DNA of 64,000 nt, taken from Acidimicrobiia bacterium (GTDB lineage: Bacteria; Actinomycetota; Acidimicrobiia; Spongiisociales; Spongiisociaceae). The stretch spans positions 32,001 to 96,000 of the forward strand of contig JBFGLM010000004.1 in the NCBI GenBank assembly GCA_041576165.1. The letters are read 5' to 3'. A program made the position numbers and the translations under genes. Below are positions 54,461-63,221 of this stretch, in pieces; position 1 is the stretch's first letter, and every line of letters begins with the position of its first letter. The notes below the pieces were generated by a model. It saw only the letters and a list, made by a program, of their open reading frames with translations, ran no database searches and was not told the DNA's origin.

Positions 54461-54567
54461 CAACACCTCCGCGGGTCGCGATGGCCGCTGCAACCAGAGC
54501 AGAGCGTGGTCATGATGGACCTCTGGGGCCATCCTTTCGCGCCCTGAGTGAAACTTGCTGAGCGTGC

Positions 54568-54596
54568 TTGACCCAATTTTGGAATGCAGTTAGCCT
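54568..54596 (+). promoter_or_regulatory. Housekeeping sigma promoter
   Basis: TTGACC-N17-TAGCCT. Confidence 0.7.
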
Positions 54597-54603
54597 TTGG
54601 ACT

Positions 54604-54763
54604 GTATCGGATCCTTCTTGGTTCCGGTACACCCCCCCAAACCAGCAAGGGGACGCGGGAACGGAAACCCTGGCGCCGTTGCCGGCTAACGCCCCCTTCG
54701 CGCTCTTCCATGAAGAGCAACGAGGCTCCGGTTCGACCCCCTTACCGGAGCCTCGTGGTTTTT
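54604..54763 (+). ncRNA. Candidate structured small RNA (~160 nt)
   Basis: Own promoter, four successive hairpins, single-stranded C7 tract, intrinsic terminator, no credible ORF. Confidence 0.65.
54720..54763 (+). terminator. Intrinsic terminator
   Basis: 13-bp perfect stem ACGAGGCTCCGGT/ACCGGAGCCTCGT followed by GGTTTTT. Confidence 0.8.
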
Positions 54764-54861
54764 AGCCCCATCCCAGGCCGTGCGTGGCGGTTCGCATCGT
54801 CATGATCTCGGCGGAGTGGTGGGGTCATCGCGCCGTCCCCGCGGTGGCGTCCGTGGCCGGC

Positions 54862-55095
54862 TCATAATGAGCCGGCCCGGACCGTGACCCGCTCCCCTCC
54901 GCCGCCCAAGGCGATCTGCGGGTTGTCGCCCCAGCGTGGACGTCCGAACAGGATGGCATGGGCCACTTCGATGGCCGGAATGTCATAGCTGCCCTCGGCG
55001 ACCCGGCGCGCCAGATGCGCCACCCGTCGTTCGCGCCAGGTCGTCGGGGCCTTTTCGCTATCCGGCTGCTCGTCTGCTCTCATCCGTTTCACCAC
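54862..55095 (-). CDS. FlgM-like anti-sigma28 small protein
   Basis: RERRVAHLARRVAEGSYDIPAIEVAHAIL resembles the FlgM C-terminal sigma-binding motif; start GTG 55095 or ATG 55083. Confidence 0.65.
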   Translation of the reverse strand: MVKRMRADEQPDSEKAPTTWRERRVAHLARRVAEGSYDIPAIEVAHAILFGRPRWGDNPQIALGGGGERVTVRAGSL

Positions 55096-55104
55096 TCTGG
55101 GTGG

Positions 55105-55132
55105 TTATCGACGGGTCAGCGGTCTAATTTGA
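55105..55132 (-). promoter_or_regulatory. Sigma28 (FliA/WhiG)-type promoter
   Basis: Minus strand TCAA-N16-GTCGATAA directly upstream of the FlgM-like ORF. Confidence 0.6.
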
Positions 55133-55165
55133 GCACGTATTACCACCGAACGTGGCTAATGCGCT

Positions 55166-56236
55166 TCATACCGAGAATCTGACGAGCACCGCGTCGCCGG
55201 GTCGCACGCGGTAGTCCTTCCCCTCGACCCTGATATGGCCCAGTTTCTTGGCGGCGTCCCAACCACCATCTGCAATGACGGTGTCAATCTGTGCCACTTC
55301 TGCCCGGATGAAACCCCGCTGCAGGTCGGAATGGACCTTGCCCGCGGCCTCCGGAGCAGTGGCGCCGGCCTCCACTGTCCAGGCATGCGCTTCCTTCGGT
55401 CCGAGCGTGTAGAACGTGATCAAACCCAGCGCCGCGTGGGTTGCCTGCACGATCCGCATGCGGGCTCCCTCTCCCAGACCGAACTCGGCAAACAACTCCT
55501 GGCGGTCGGCCGGGGCGAGTTCCGCCGCCTCCGCCTCCAGCCGGGCCGACAGCGCCACCACAGTGTCCCCCGCCGGGACGACCCGTTCGACGGCCTCGAG
55601 CAGCGATGCCGGGTCGTCGCCCTCATCGAAGTTGACCACCCACACGGCCGGTTTCAGGGTGAGCGGCGCGAGGTCGCGAAAGGCCTGGCGCTCCTGGTCG
55701 GACCACGAGTGTGCACGCAGGAGACTGCCTTCTTCGAGCAGCGCAGTCGCCCGCCCGACGGCGGCCGCGGCTGGTTTCTTGGACGGATCCGCCGTGGCTT
55801 CCTTGGCGATCCGCTCGCGGCGTCTTTCGAACACCTCGAAGTCGGCCAGCGTCAGCTCCACCAGAAGCTCTTCGGCCTGCGCCACCGGGTCGACCCCACC
55901 GACCTCGGGGGGAACCGATTCGTCGTGGAAGGCACGGAGAACCATCGCCAGCGCGTCCATCTCCCGCAGGCGTCCGATGAACTGCGTGCCAAGCCCCTCC
56001 CCCGCCTTGGCCACGGCTGGCAAGTCGAGGACTTCCAGGGTTGTGAAGACAGTCTTGGCCGAACCCTCAACCCGGGCTGCAGCCAGCAACATCTCATCCA
56101 CGACCTCGGCCACGCCGACGTTGGGCTCCGTCGTGGAGTACGGGTGAGGTGCGGTGGGTGCCAGCAAGCCGGTCAGCGCGTTGAAGAGGCTGGTCTTTCC
56201 GGTATTGGGGAACCCGACGATACCTATCCGTGCCAC
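55166..56236 (-). CDS. YchF/Obg-family ATPase (divergent) with TGS/DUF933 C-terminus
   Basis: GFPNTGKT, TTEPN, LITFYT, EAAGKVHSDLQRGFIRAEV, EGKDY. Confidence 0.88.
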   Translation of the reverse strand: MARIGIVGFPNTGKTSLFNALTGLLAPTAPHPYSTTEPNVGVAEVVDEMLLAAARVEGSAKTVFTTLEVLDLPAVAKAGEGLGTQFIGRLREMDALAMVLRAFHDESVPPEVGGVDPVAQAEELLVELTLADFEVFERRRERIAKEATADPSKKPAAAAVGRATALLEEGSLLRAHSWSDQERQAFRDLAPLTLKPAVWVVNFDEGDDPASLLEAVERVVPAGDTVVALSARLEAEAAELAPADRQELFAEFGLGEGARMRIVQATHAALGLITFYTLGPKEAHAWTVEAGATAPEAAGKVHSDLQRGFIRAEVAQIDTVIADGGWDAAKKLGHIRVEGKDYRVRPGDAVLVRFSV

Positions 56237-56319
56237 GGCCGCAGGAGCATAGCTTTTCGCGGCGGGCGGATTCGGGGCTGGGTGCTGCCCGTCGCTGCCG
56301 CAGTCGCTACTGTCGAGGT

Positions 56320-57327
56320 ATGCGGGTGGCGGTCATCGGGTCGGGCTCGTGGGGCACCGCAGTGGCGGCCCTGGCAGCTCATAACAGCGACGTGGTGCTG
56401 TGGGCGCGCCGCCCTGAGCTGGCTACTGCAATCGCCGCCACCCAGGAGAATCCGGACTACCTGGCCGGCATCCGGTTGCCCCCACTCGAGACGACCGCCG
56501 ATCTTGAGGCTGCGATCGCGGGAGCCGACGTGGTCGTGATGGGGGTTCCGTCCCACGGCTACCGAGCCGTGCTACAGGAGGCCGAGCCCGCGTTCAGACC
56601 CACCACACCGATCATCAGCCTCACCAAGGGGATCGAGCAGAACTCTCATTTGCGCATGACCCAGGTCACGACGGACGTGCTGGAGCTTCACGATCCGACG
56701 AGGATCGGAGTTCTGTCTGGGCCAAACCTGGCCCGGGAAGTGGCACTTGGTCAGCCTGCCGCCACCGTGATCGCCATGCCCGATATGGCGCTCGCCCGGG
56801 AGATGCAGCAGGTCTTCATGACCCCCACGTTCCGCGTGTACACCAACCCGGATGTGGTTGGTGCCGAGATGGCAGGAGCGCTCAAAAACGTCATGGCGAT
56901 CGCCGCCGGAATCGTCCGCGGGCTCGAATTCGGGATGAACACGCTCGCCGCATTGGTCACGCGCGCGTTGGCGGAATTGACCAGGCTCGGGATCGCGATG
57001 GGTGGCCAACCACTTACGTTTGGCGGGCTCGCCGGCATCGGCGACCTCATGGCCACCTGCTCCAGCGCCGAGAGCCGCAACAACCGGGTGGGCTACGAAC
57101 TCGGTCGGGGGCGGCCGCTCGAGGACGTCGTGTCTGAAATGCAGATGGTCGCCGAAGGTGTGAAGACCACCGCCGCGGTTCTGGCTCTGGCCGCCGAGCA
57201 CGAGATCGAGATGCCCATCGCCGAAGCGGTGGGTCGCGTGTTGCACGAAGGCGAGGATCCGCGAGACGCGATCGCCCGGCTCATGACTCGCGAAGCCAAG
57301 CCCGAGGGACACGGCATCGTCATCTGA
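56320..57327 (+). CDS. gpsA: NAD(P)H-dependent glycerol-3-phosphate dehydrogenase
   Basis: GSGSWGTA, TKGIE, SGPNLA, GALKNV, GDLMATCSS, SRN. Confidence 0.96.
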   Translation: MRVAVIGSGSWGTAVAALAAHNSDVVLWARRPELATAIAATQENPDYLAGIRLPPLETTADLEAAIAGADVVVMGVPSHGYRAVLQEAEPAFRPTTPIISLTKGIEQNSHLRMTQVTTDVLELHDPTRIGVLSGPNLAREVALGQPAATVIAMPDMALAREMQQVFMTPTFRVYTNPDVVGAEMAGALKNVMAIAAGIVRGLEFGMNTLAALVTRALAELTRLGIAMGGQPLTFGGLAGIGDLMATCSSAESRNNRVGYELGRGRPLEDVVSEMQMVAEGVKTTAAVLALAAEHEIEMPIAEAVGRVLHEGEDPRDAIARLMTREAKPEGHGIVI

Positions 57328-57392
57328 GGCCCAGCAGCAATCTCGCCTGTTGCGAACGCCAGCCTGGCGGGGGATCCGTCTATGGTCGCGGC

Positions 57393-58082
57393 ATGGCGCC
57401 GCGCACCGACTGGAACCCGCTGCTTCGAGCCGAGCTGGAGGAGCCTTACTGGCAGGAGTTGATGAATTTCGTGGCGCAGGAGCGGGCCCGTGGACCGGTC
57501 TATCCGCCGCCCGACGAGGTGTTCGCCGCACTGCATTTGACTGCGTACGGCTCGGTGAAGGTCCTGATCCTGGGCCAGGACCCGTACCACGGTCCGAACC
57601 AGGCTCACGGTCTGTGCTTCTCCGTCCGACCCGGAGTACCGAAGCCTCCCTCGCTCGAGAACATTCACCGCGAACTCAATACCGATCTCGGTTGCCAGAT
57701 CCCAACCCACGGTTCTCTAGAAGCCTGGGCGCGCCGGGGAGTGCTGCTGCTCAATGCCACGCTGACCGTGCGGGCCCGTCAAGCCGCCAGCCACCAGAAC
57801 AAGGGCTGGGAGACCTTTACCGACCGGGTCATTCGGGTCGTCAACGAAAAACCGGAACGCGTCGTTTTCATCCTTTGGGGATCGTCAGCTCGCAGGAAGA
57901 AGGCGTTGGTCAACCGATCCCGTCATACGGTGATCGAGTCGGCCCATCCCTCGCCGCTTTCAGCCCACCGGGGCTTCTTCGGCAGCCGGCCGTTCTCCCG
58001 CGCCAATCGCGCCTTACAAGACGGGGGACGTGACCCCATCGACTGGTGCATTCCTGAGCAAACGTCACTCAGCGGCGGTTAG
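57393..58082 (+). CDS. ung: Uracil-DNA glycosylase, family 1
   Basis: GQDPYH, AHGLCFSV, GVLLLN, HPSPLS. Confidence 0.97.
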   Translation: MAPRTDWNPLLRAELEEPYWQELMNFVAQERARGPVYPPPDEVFAALHLTAYGSVKVLILGQDPYHGPNQAHGLCFSVRPGVPKPPSLENIHRELNTDLGCQIPTHGSLEAWARRGVLLLNATLTVRARQAASHQNKGWETFTDRVIRVVNEKPERVVFILWGSSARRKKALVNRSRHTVIESAHPSPLSAHRGFFGSRPFSRANRALQDGGRDPIDWCIPEQTSLSGG

Positions 58083-58121
58083 TTGGAACCGCGTTCCGAC
58101 AGCATTCGGCGACCCGTATAG

Positions 58122-58421
58122 TTGAGATGGATGGCTGGACAGCCCCGCACGCGATCGACTCACAATCGATCGTCACGAACTGTTGAACGTCAGGCAAGCG
58201 TTCCCACCGCCACTTCTCTGTTCGTCTTCCACGTCATCGACGCAGTGATGCTGATGGCCTCCCTCTTCGTCACCCTGGCTTCGATCCTGTATGTGGCCGG
58301 CGCCATCGGGCGGGGATGGTCAGGGAGAGCCGGTGGCGGTGGTGGGCTGGTAGCCGCGCTGCTGCTGTCTCTGGCCGGTAGGTGGCTGATGTCCGAGTAT
58401 CAGGTGAAACGGGGACGGTGA
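58122..58421 (+). CDS. Small membrane protein; start uncertain
   Basis: Two hydrophobic segments; fills the intergenic gap. Confidence 0.4.
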   Translation: MRWMAGQPRTRSTHNRSSRTVERQASVPTATSLFVFHVIDAVMLMASLFVTLASILYVAGAIGRGWSGRAGGGGGLVAALLLSLAGRWLMSEYQVKRGR

Positions 58422-58580
58422 CACCCTCGGTGACGTCGGGCTCCCGACCGAGAGCCGGGGCACACGATTTACGGTTGCATTGGGTTCGGGTACCGTTTAC
58501 GTTTACGAGGGGAAATTGTCGTAAATGAGTCATTTCAGACCAAGCCCAATTGCCGTGTGCGCCTTAGGTTCGGCCGGCTA

Positions 58581-60284
58581 ATGCCGAATCTGTACAACTC
58601 CGAACTCCAGTACCACTTCGCGCGCATGGACCTGACCGACGCGACGGCCGTGTTGGAGCACGATTACACCGATCCGGGCGGCCCTGCTTCCTACGACGAC
58701 GCCCTCGAAATGTACGAGTCGGCGTTGGGACTCGTAGGCGACATCGCCGGAAACTTCATTCAGCCCAGAGCGGCTGCCGTCGATCGTAAGGGAGCGACTC
58801 TCGCCGATGGCGTCGTGACCTATCCGCCGGAGTCCATCGAGTCCTATCGGCGGCTGTCCGACGCAGGGTTCGCCGGCGTGATCCTCCCCCGCCGCTTTGG
58901 CGGCCTCAACTTCCCCGCCTCGGTCTACGTGATGATGATCGAGATGGTATCCCAGGCGGACGCATCTCTGATGACGCTGTTCGGGTATCAGGACATCGGA
59001 GAAGCAATCGCCCAGCTCGCACCTGAGGAAGTGGCGGCGACGTATCTCCCCGGGTATGCATCTGGAGAGGACATCGCGGCCATGGTGATGACCGAACCCG
59101 GCGCCGGGTCCGACCTTGCCAGTATCGGCTTGAAGGCCTGCCAGGATGACGAGGGACGGTGGCGTCTCAGGGGCGTCAAGCAGTTCATCTCGAACGGCAA
59201 TGGCGACCTGCTCCTCGTGCTGGCACGGTCGGAAGATGACGTCGAGGGCGTCCTCGGCCTGAGCCTCTTCGCATGCCCGGGAGGTGAGCACGTACGGGTG
59301 ATGCGAATAGAAGAAAAGATGGGACTGCACGGCTCCCCGACCTGCGAACTCTATTTCGACGACGCCCCGGCAGTCCTGATCGGGAAGCGCCGCCAAGGCC
59401 TGATCCACGTGCTAGCGATGCTGAACCATGCACGGTTCAGCGTGGCCGCGCAGGCGCTGGGCATCGCCCAAGCGGCGTATGAGGACGCGCTTGCCTGGGC
59501 TCAGCAGCGCCGCCAGTTCGGCAAGACCATCATCGACATTCCGCCGGTCGCCAACATGCTCCTGGATATGGCCGCCACGCTGCAGGGGTGCCGCTCGATG
59601 TTGTACGCCGGCACCCAATGGCTCGACCTTCGCAACAAGCTGGAAGAGAAGATCGAACGGATGGAGGCGGCGCAACACACGCCGTCCTCCGAGCTACGGG
59701 CACGATTCAGGTACGCCGTCAACGTGGTGAATCTGCTGTCACCGGCCGTGAAATACCACATCAGCGAGGCGGCCAACCGTCTGTGCTACGACGCCCAACA
59801 GGTGCACGGCGGCATGGGCTACATGCGTAAGGTCTCGGCCGAGCGCTACGTGCGGGACGTCCGCGTGACGACCATCTACGAAGGCACGTCGCAGGTACTG
59901 ATCGGATCGGCGCTCGAACATGTGCTCGCCGACACACTCAATGAAGAATTCGCGCGCCTGTCCGACCTCGAAGTCCCCGAGGAGCTCGCCGACCTCGTGA
60001 AGGACGCCGAACGGATCCGCTCGAACTTCGACGCTGCGGCGGCCGAGCTGCGGGCGCGGGGCGATGAGACATACCGGCGGGCCGCGGGCAAGGATCTGGT
60101 CGACATGTACCTCAGTGTCTACCAAGCGTATCTGCTCCTGACCGAGGCAATCGACTCGCCCCACAAGGTTCAGGTTGCCCGTCGGTTGGTACGGGACAGC
60201 GTGGCAGAATCCGCTGCTCGCCTCGGCCGGATCGAAGCCGGGGTCTATGAGGATGTCGCTACCGCCCGTGACGTTTTGATTTGA
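58581..60284 (+). CDS. Acyl-CoA dehydrogenase, long form with extra N- and C-terminal domains
   Basis: MTEPGAGSDL, GVKQFISNG, KMGLHGSPTC, QVHGGMGY, IYEGTSQ. Confidence 0.9.
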   Translation: MPNLYNSELQYHFARMDLTDATAVLEHDYTDPGGPASYDDALEMYESALGLVGDIAGNFIQPRAAAVDRKGATLADGVVTYPPESIESYRRLSDAGFAGVILPRRFGGLNFPASVYVMMIEMVSQADASLMTLFGYQDIGEAIAQLAPEEVAATYLPGYASGEDIAAMVMTEPGAGSDLASIGLKACQDDEGRWRLRGVKQFISNGNGDLLLVLARSEDDVEGVLGLSLFACPGGEHVRVMRIEEKMGLHGSPTCELYFDDAPAVLIGKRRQGLIHVLAMLNHARFSVAAQALGIAQAAYEDALAWAQQRRQFGKTIIDIPPVANMLLDMAATLQGCRSMLYAGTQWLDLRNKLEEKIERMEAAQHTPSSELRARFRYAVNVVNLLSPAVKYHISEAANRLCYDAQQVHGGMGYMRKVSAERYVRDVRVTTIYEGTSQVLIGSALEHVLADTLNEEFARLSDLEVPEELADLVKDAERIRSNFDAAAAELRARGDETYRRAAGKDLVDMYLSVYQAYLLLTEAIDSPHKVQVARRLVRDSVAESAARLGRIEAGVYEDVATARDVLI

Positions 60285-60305
60285 CCGTTTCTACCGGAGA
60301 ACCTG

Positions 60306-60332
60306 TGTAACACCTCGGGCCCGGTTCTCGTC
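60306..60332 (+). promoter_or_regulatory. Probable autoregulatory ECF promoter
   Basis: TGTAAC-N17-CGTC upstream of the ECF sigma gene. Confidence 0.6.
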
Positions 60333-60367
60333 TCTTCTATGACGAGAATCGGAGGCACAGGAGACGT

Positions 60368-60841
60368 GTGGCAAGCCGTTTCAACATCGAATCGTTCTAT
60401 CGCGATCACGGTGACGCAGTGTTCGCGTTCCTCGTGGCACTCACCCGCAACCGGTCTACCGCGGAGGATTTGATGCAGGACACCTTCGTCAAAGCGACCC
60501 GCACGCTGGCCGGGTTTCGAGGCGGAAGTCCCCGTGCCTGGCTGTTCGCGATAGCCCGGTCGGTCTTCATCGACCAGGTGAGACGAACCCGCGAAACAGC
60601 AGCGCTGGACGTGGATGCCGAAGCGGGGCTCGAATCTGATCTGTCGGAACGCGACGCCATCAACCGGGCGCTGGAAGCGTTGTCGGAGCGGCAACGCAGC
60701 GCGCTGCTGCTCTCAGATCACTTGGGCATGTCCGCCCCCGAGGTTGCCGAAGTGCTGGCGATCTCGCCGGGAGCAGCCCGAGTTCTCATACACCGGGCGC
60801 GCCTCGCCTTCCGCACTGCATATGAACAGGATGACCGATGA
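60368..60841 (+). CDS. ECF RNA polymerase sigma factor
   Basis: AEDLMQDTF, WLFAIAR region 2; EVAEVLAIS...IHRAR region 4. Confidence 0.92.
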   Translation: MASRFNIESFYRDHGDAVFAFLVALTRNRSTAEDLMQDTFVKATRTLAGFRGGSPRAWLFAIARSVFIDQVRRTRETAALDVDAEAGLESDLSERDAINRALEALSERQRSALLLSDHLGMSAPEVAEVLAISPGAARVLIHRARLAFRTAYEQDDR

Positions 60842-61962
60842 CACACCGCGACATACAAGACCTACTGGAGGACTTCGTGGACGAGCGGCTCGATCGCCCG
60901 ACTCGCAAGTCCGTATCCGATCACCTCGCATACTGCGATGAGTGCCGCGCCGTTCTCGACGGCGTGGCGCCGGTCGATCTCGGCCCCCTCGCGGACGGGG
61001 TGTGGGATGAACGCGCCATGCGTCGGGCGGTGCGGCGATCGATTCTGCGCACGGCGTTGAATACGGCAGGTCTGCTGCTGGTCGCGTGGCTGGTCGTGAC
61101 GACTGTCTCGGCGCTGGTGGCTCAGCCACTGCTAGTCAACCGGAATGGCCGAGCCACTGCCGCTACCGTGGCAACTGCCGACCTGGCGGTGCTGTTCAAT
61201 CCCGGTACGGCAGTCGACGACTACGAGTATGACTCGGGGCTCCTGTCCCGGCGCTCGTCCGCTCACGTGGTGATGCCGGTGGGCGCCGACCTCGTTGACG
61301 TCGGCTCGCTCGTAACTCGGATCACCCTGACGGGCTTTGGGGCGGACGACGGAGGCCCGGTCCTGCCGTTCCTGGGGCATCAGCAAGGGGGCGGGGCGGG
61401 GCTGGATGAGCACCTCCAAGCTATTGGCGACAACACAGTGGCCACCGTGGAGCTGTTCTTCGACGACCCGCTCGACATCGAGGCAGCACAGCGGCTGGCA
61501 GACGGCCCGCACGATGTGCGTGTGGTGTGGGCCGGCTTCGCGGTCGACAGCCCCGGCGCCGCCCCGCTGCAGAACGCGACCGGACCGGCTGGATTGGGTT
61601 ATGGCACTTGTGGCGCGAGCCTGATCGATCCCGACTCGCTCGGTTCGGGAGGCGGCGGCGGGAGCAGCTCCGTATTCGATCTGCCGCCATCTTTCGAGGG
61701 GGCACGCACCGAAACCCTCCGGGCGCTGGACAACCTCGTCGAGCATGGTGAGCTGATCGACGGCTTGTTCGATTCGGGCCTCACCGATGACGTTTTCGCC
61801 GCAGCGGCCGGCGAGATCGCCGAGCACGGTCGGGTGGCGTCACTTGTCGTCACCGGACCGGCACCCGACCTCAGAGAGTTCATTGCATCGGCCGGGCCCG
61901 ATTTCGGCGCCGTTCGGCAGGTCGAGTTCACCAACTGGTTCACACCCCTTTGTGGGAGATAG
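60838..61962 (+). CDS. Zinc-binding membrane anti-sigma factor
   Basis: HLAYCDEC (HxxxCxxC), one TM, large extracytoplasmic domain; ATGA-coupled to sigma gene. Confidence 0.85.
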   Translation: MTHRDIQDLLEDFVDERLDRPTRKSVSDHLAYCDECRAVLDGVAPVDLGPLADGVWDERAMRRAVRRSILRTALNTAGLLLVAWLVVTTVSALVAQPLLVNRNGRATAATVATADLAVLFNPGTAVDDYEYDSGLLSRRSSAHVVMPVGADLVDVGSLVTRITLTGFGADDGGPVLPFLGHQQGGGAGLDEHLQAIGDNTVATVELFFDDPLDIEAAQRLADGPHDVRVVWAGFAVDSPGAAPLQNATGPAGLGYGTCGASLIDPDSLGSGGGGGSSSVFDLPPSFEGARTETLRALDNLVEHGELIDGLFDSGLTDDVFAAAAGEIAEHGRVASLVVTGPAPDLREFIASAGPDFGAVRQVEFTNWFTPLCGR

Positions 61963-61969
61963 GCAAGTC

Positions 61970-62674
61970 ATGGATACGTTCACATCAATCACCCGCACCC
62001 GCCGGCTCATCTGGACCGGAATCATCATCGGTCTGGTGCTGGCAACCCTGTTCACGGTGCTGCGCATCGTGAACGCCGAGCAAGTCGATCTCACCGAAGT
62101 GCTTGGGTCGGTGGCACTCGGCGTGGCCGCGGCGTTGCCTGCGGGATTCGCCTGGCTGTCTCTCGACCGCCGGCCGGGCCTGCTTCCCATTGCCGCGATT
62201 GCGGCGCTGATCCTCGGCGTCGCCAGCGTCGTGCTGTTCGCCCCCTGGCTGATTGCCGCCGTGATCTGGCTGGTGGCGGCTCGGGGCCGGCCACGGGACA
62301 CGCGCAGTGGGTGGCGGCCGGCCGCGCACCGGGCCGGACTGGTCATTCTGGCGGTGGCGGCCTTTGCCGTGCTATTCGTGCACACCGACCCTTCGTGCAC
62401 CGAGACGCTGCGCGATGGAACCGTCAACGCAGTCGACGCTGGGTCGCACGGCTTCGGGACCGGCTGGTCGTTCAACCTCACCACCTCGGGGAGCGCCACC
62501 TCCGGCGCGGGGCCGGAGGTGGCGTCCACCTTCTGCACGTCCGACCGGATCGTGGTCGGCGAGGCGCTGGCCTCCCTGGCTCTGAGCGCCGGCGCTCTGG
62601 GGCTGGCCGGGCGGTGGCCGGCGAATACCACCCGAACCGTCCCGCCGCACTCGGATACCAGAATGGCAGTGTGA
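61970..62674 (+). CDS. Multi-pass membrane protein
   Basis: Several TM segments; loop with two Cys; in ECF operon. Confidence 0.7.
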   Translation: MDTFTSITRTRRLIWTGIIIGLVLATLFTVLRIVNAEQVDLTEVLGSVALGVAAALPAGFAWLSLDRRPGLLPIAAIAALILGVASVVLFAPWLIAAVIWLVAARGRPRDTRSGWRPAAHRAGLVILAVAAFAVLFVHTDPSCTETLRDGTVNAVDAGSHGFGTGWSFNLTTSGSATSGAGPEVASTFCTSDRIVVGEALASLALSAGALGLAGRWPANTTRTVPPHSDTRMAV

Positions 62675-63192
62675 AGCGCTCGCTGGCCGTTGCGGTGTTA
62701 TGTGCCGCTCTCCTCGCTGGATATGGGGCTTGGGTTGCCAGTGGGCAATCCAACCCCCAGCCGGTGGGCGACGCCATCGTCGTCCATGCCGGCGGCCGGG
62801 GGGAGCGGCTCGACCACGCGCTCAATCTCATGCGAGCGGGTTCAGCCCCAACGCTTGTCATCATGCGTGGCAGCGCTCCTACCTGGCCTCAGGCCAACGA
62901 TTTGTGTGGACGCCGGGAACCGTTCGAAGTCCTCTGCCCGCCTCCCGATCCGGACACCACGATCGGCGAGGCCTTGGCGTTGCGGGACCTCGTGAACGCA
63001 CGCAACTGGACATCCATCGTCGCCGTGACGTCCGACTACCACCTCCGGCGGGTGATGTACCTCGACGCAAAATGCACGAGCGCCACCGTCGCGGGCTCGG
63101 CTGCTCCCTCCGAACTAGCACCGCCGGTGTATGCGGCCCGGGTGGCGAAGGAGATGGTGGCGATGCTGCAGGCCGTGATCGTGTCATGTTGA
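62671..63192 (+). CDS. YdcF/ElyC (DUF218) family protein
   Basis: DAIVVHAG, TTIGEA, VTSDYHLRR; GTGA coupling. Confidence 0.8.
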   Translation: MKRSLAVAVLCAALLAGYGAWVASGQSNPQPVGDAIVVHAGGRGERLDHALNLMRAGSAPTLVIMRGSAPTWPQANDLCGRREPFEVLCPPPDPDTTIGEALALRDLVNARNWTSIVAVTSDYHLRRVMYLDAKCTSATVAGSAAPSELAPPVYAARVAKEMVAMLQAVIVSC

Positions 63193-63221
63193 CCGCTGAC
63201 CGCCCGCCGGGCCGCTGTCGC

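Noticed and set aside
54638-54690. c-di-GMP-I riboswitch resemblance (CAAACC...GGGACGC...GGCTAA)
   Set aside because: The conserved AAA after GACGC is missing, the stem is too short and no gene follows on this strand; a cmscan would settle it
54568-54805. Short ORFs 54568..54765 and 54584..54805 over the sRNA candidate
   Set aside because: Both start inside the promoter, lack an SD and run through the terminator
60339-60473. Leaderless ORF starting at ATG 60339 near the predicted ECF TSS
   Set aside because: Out of frame with the sigma gene, which has its own SD; no support beyond position
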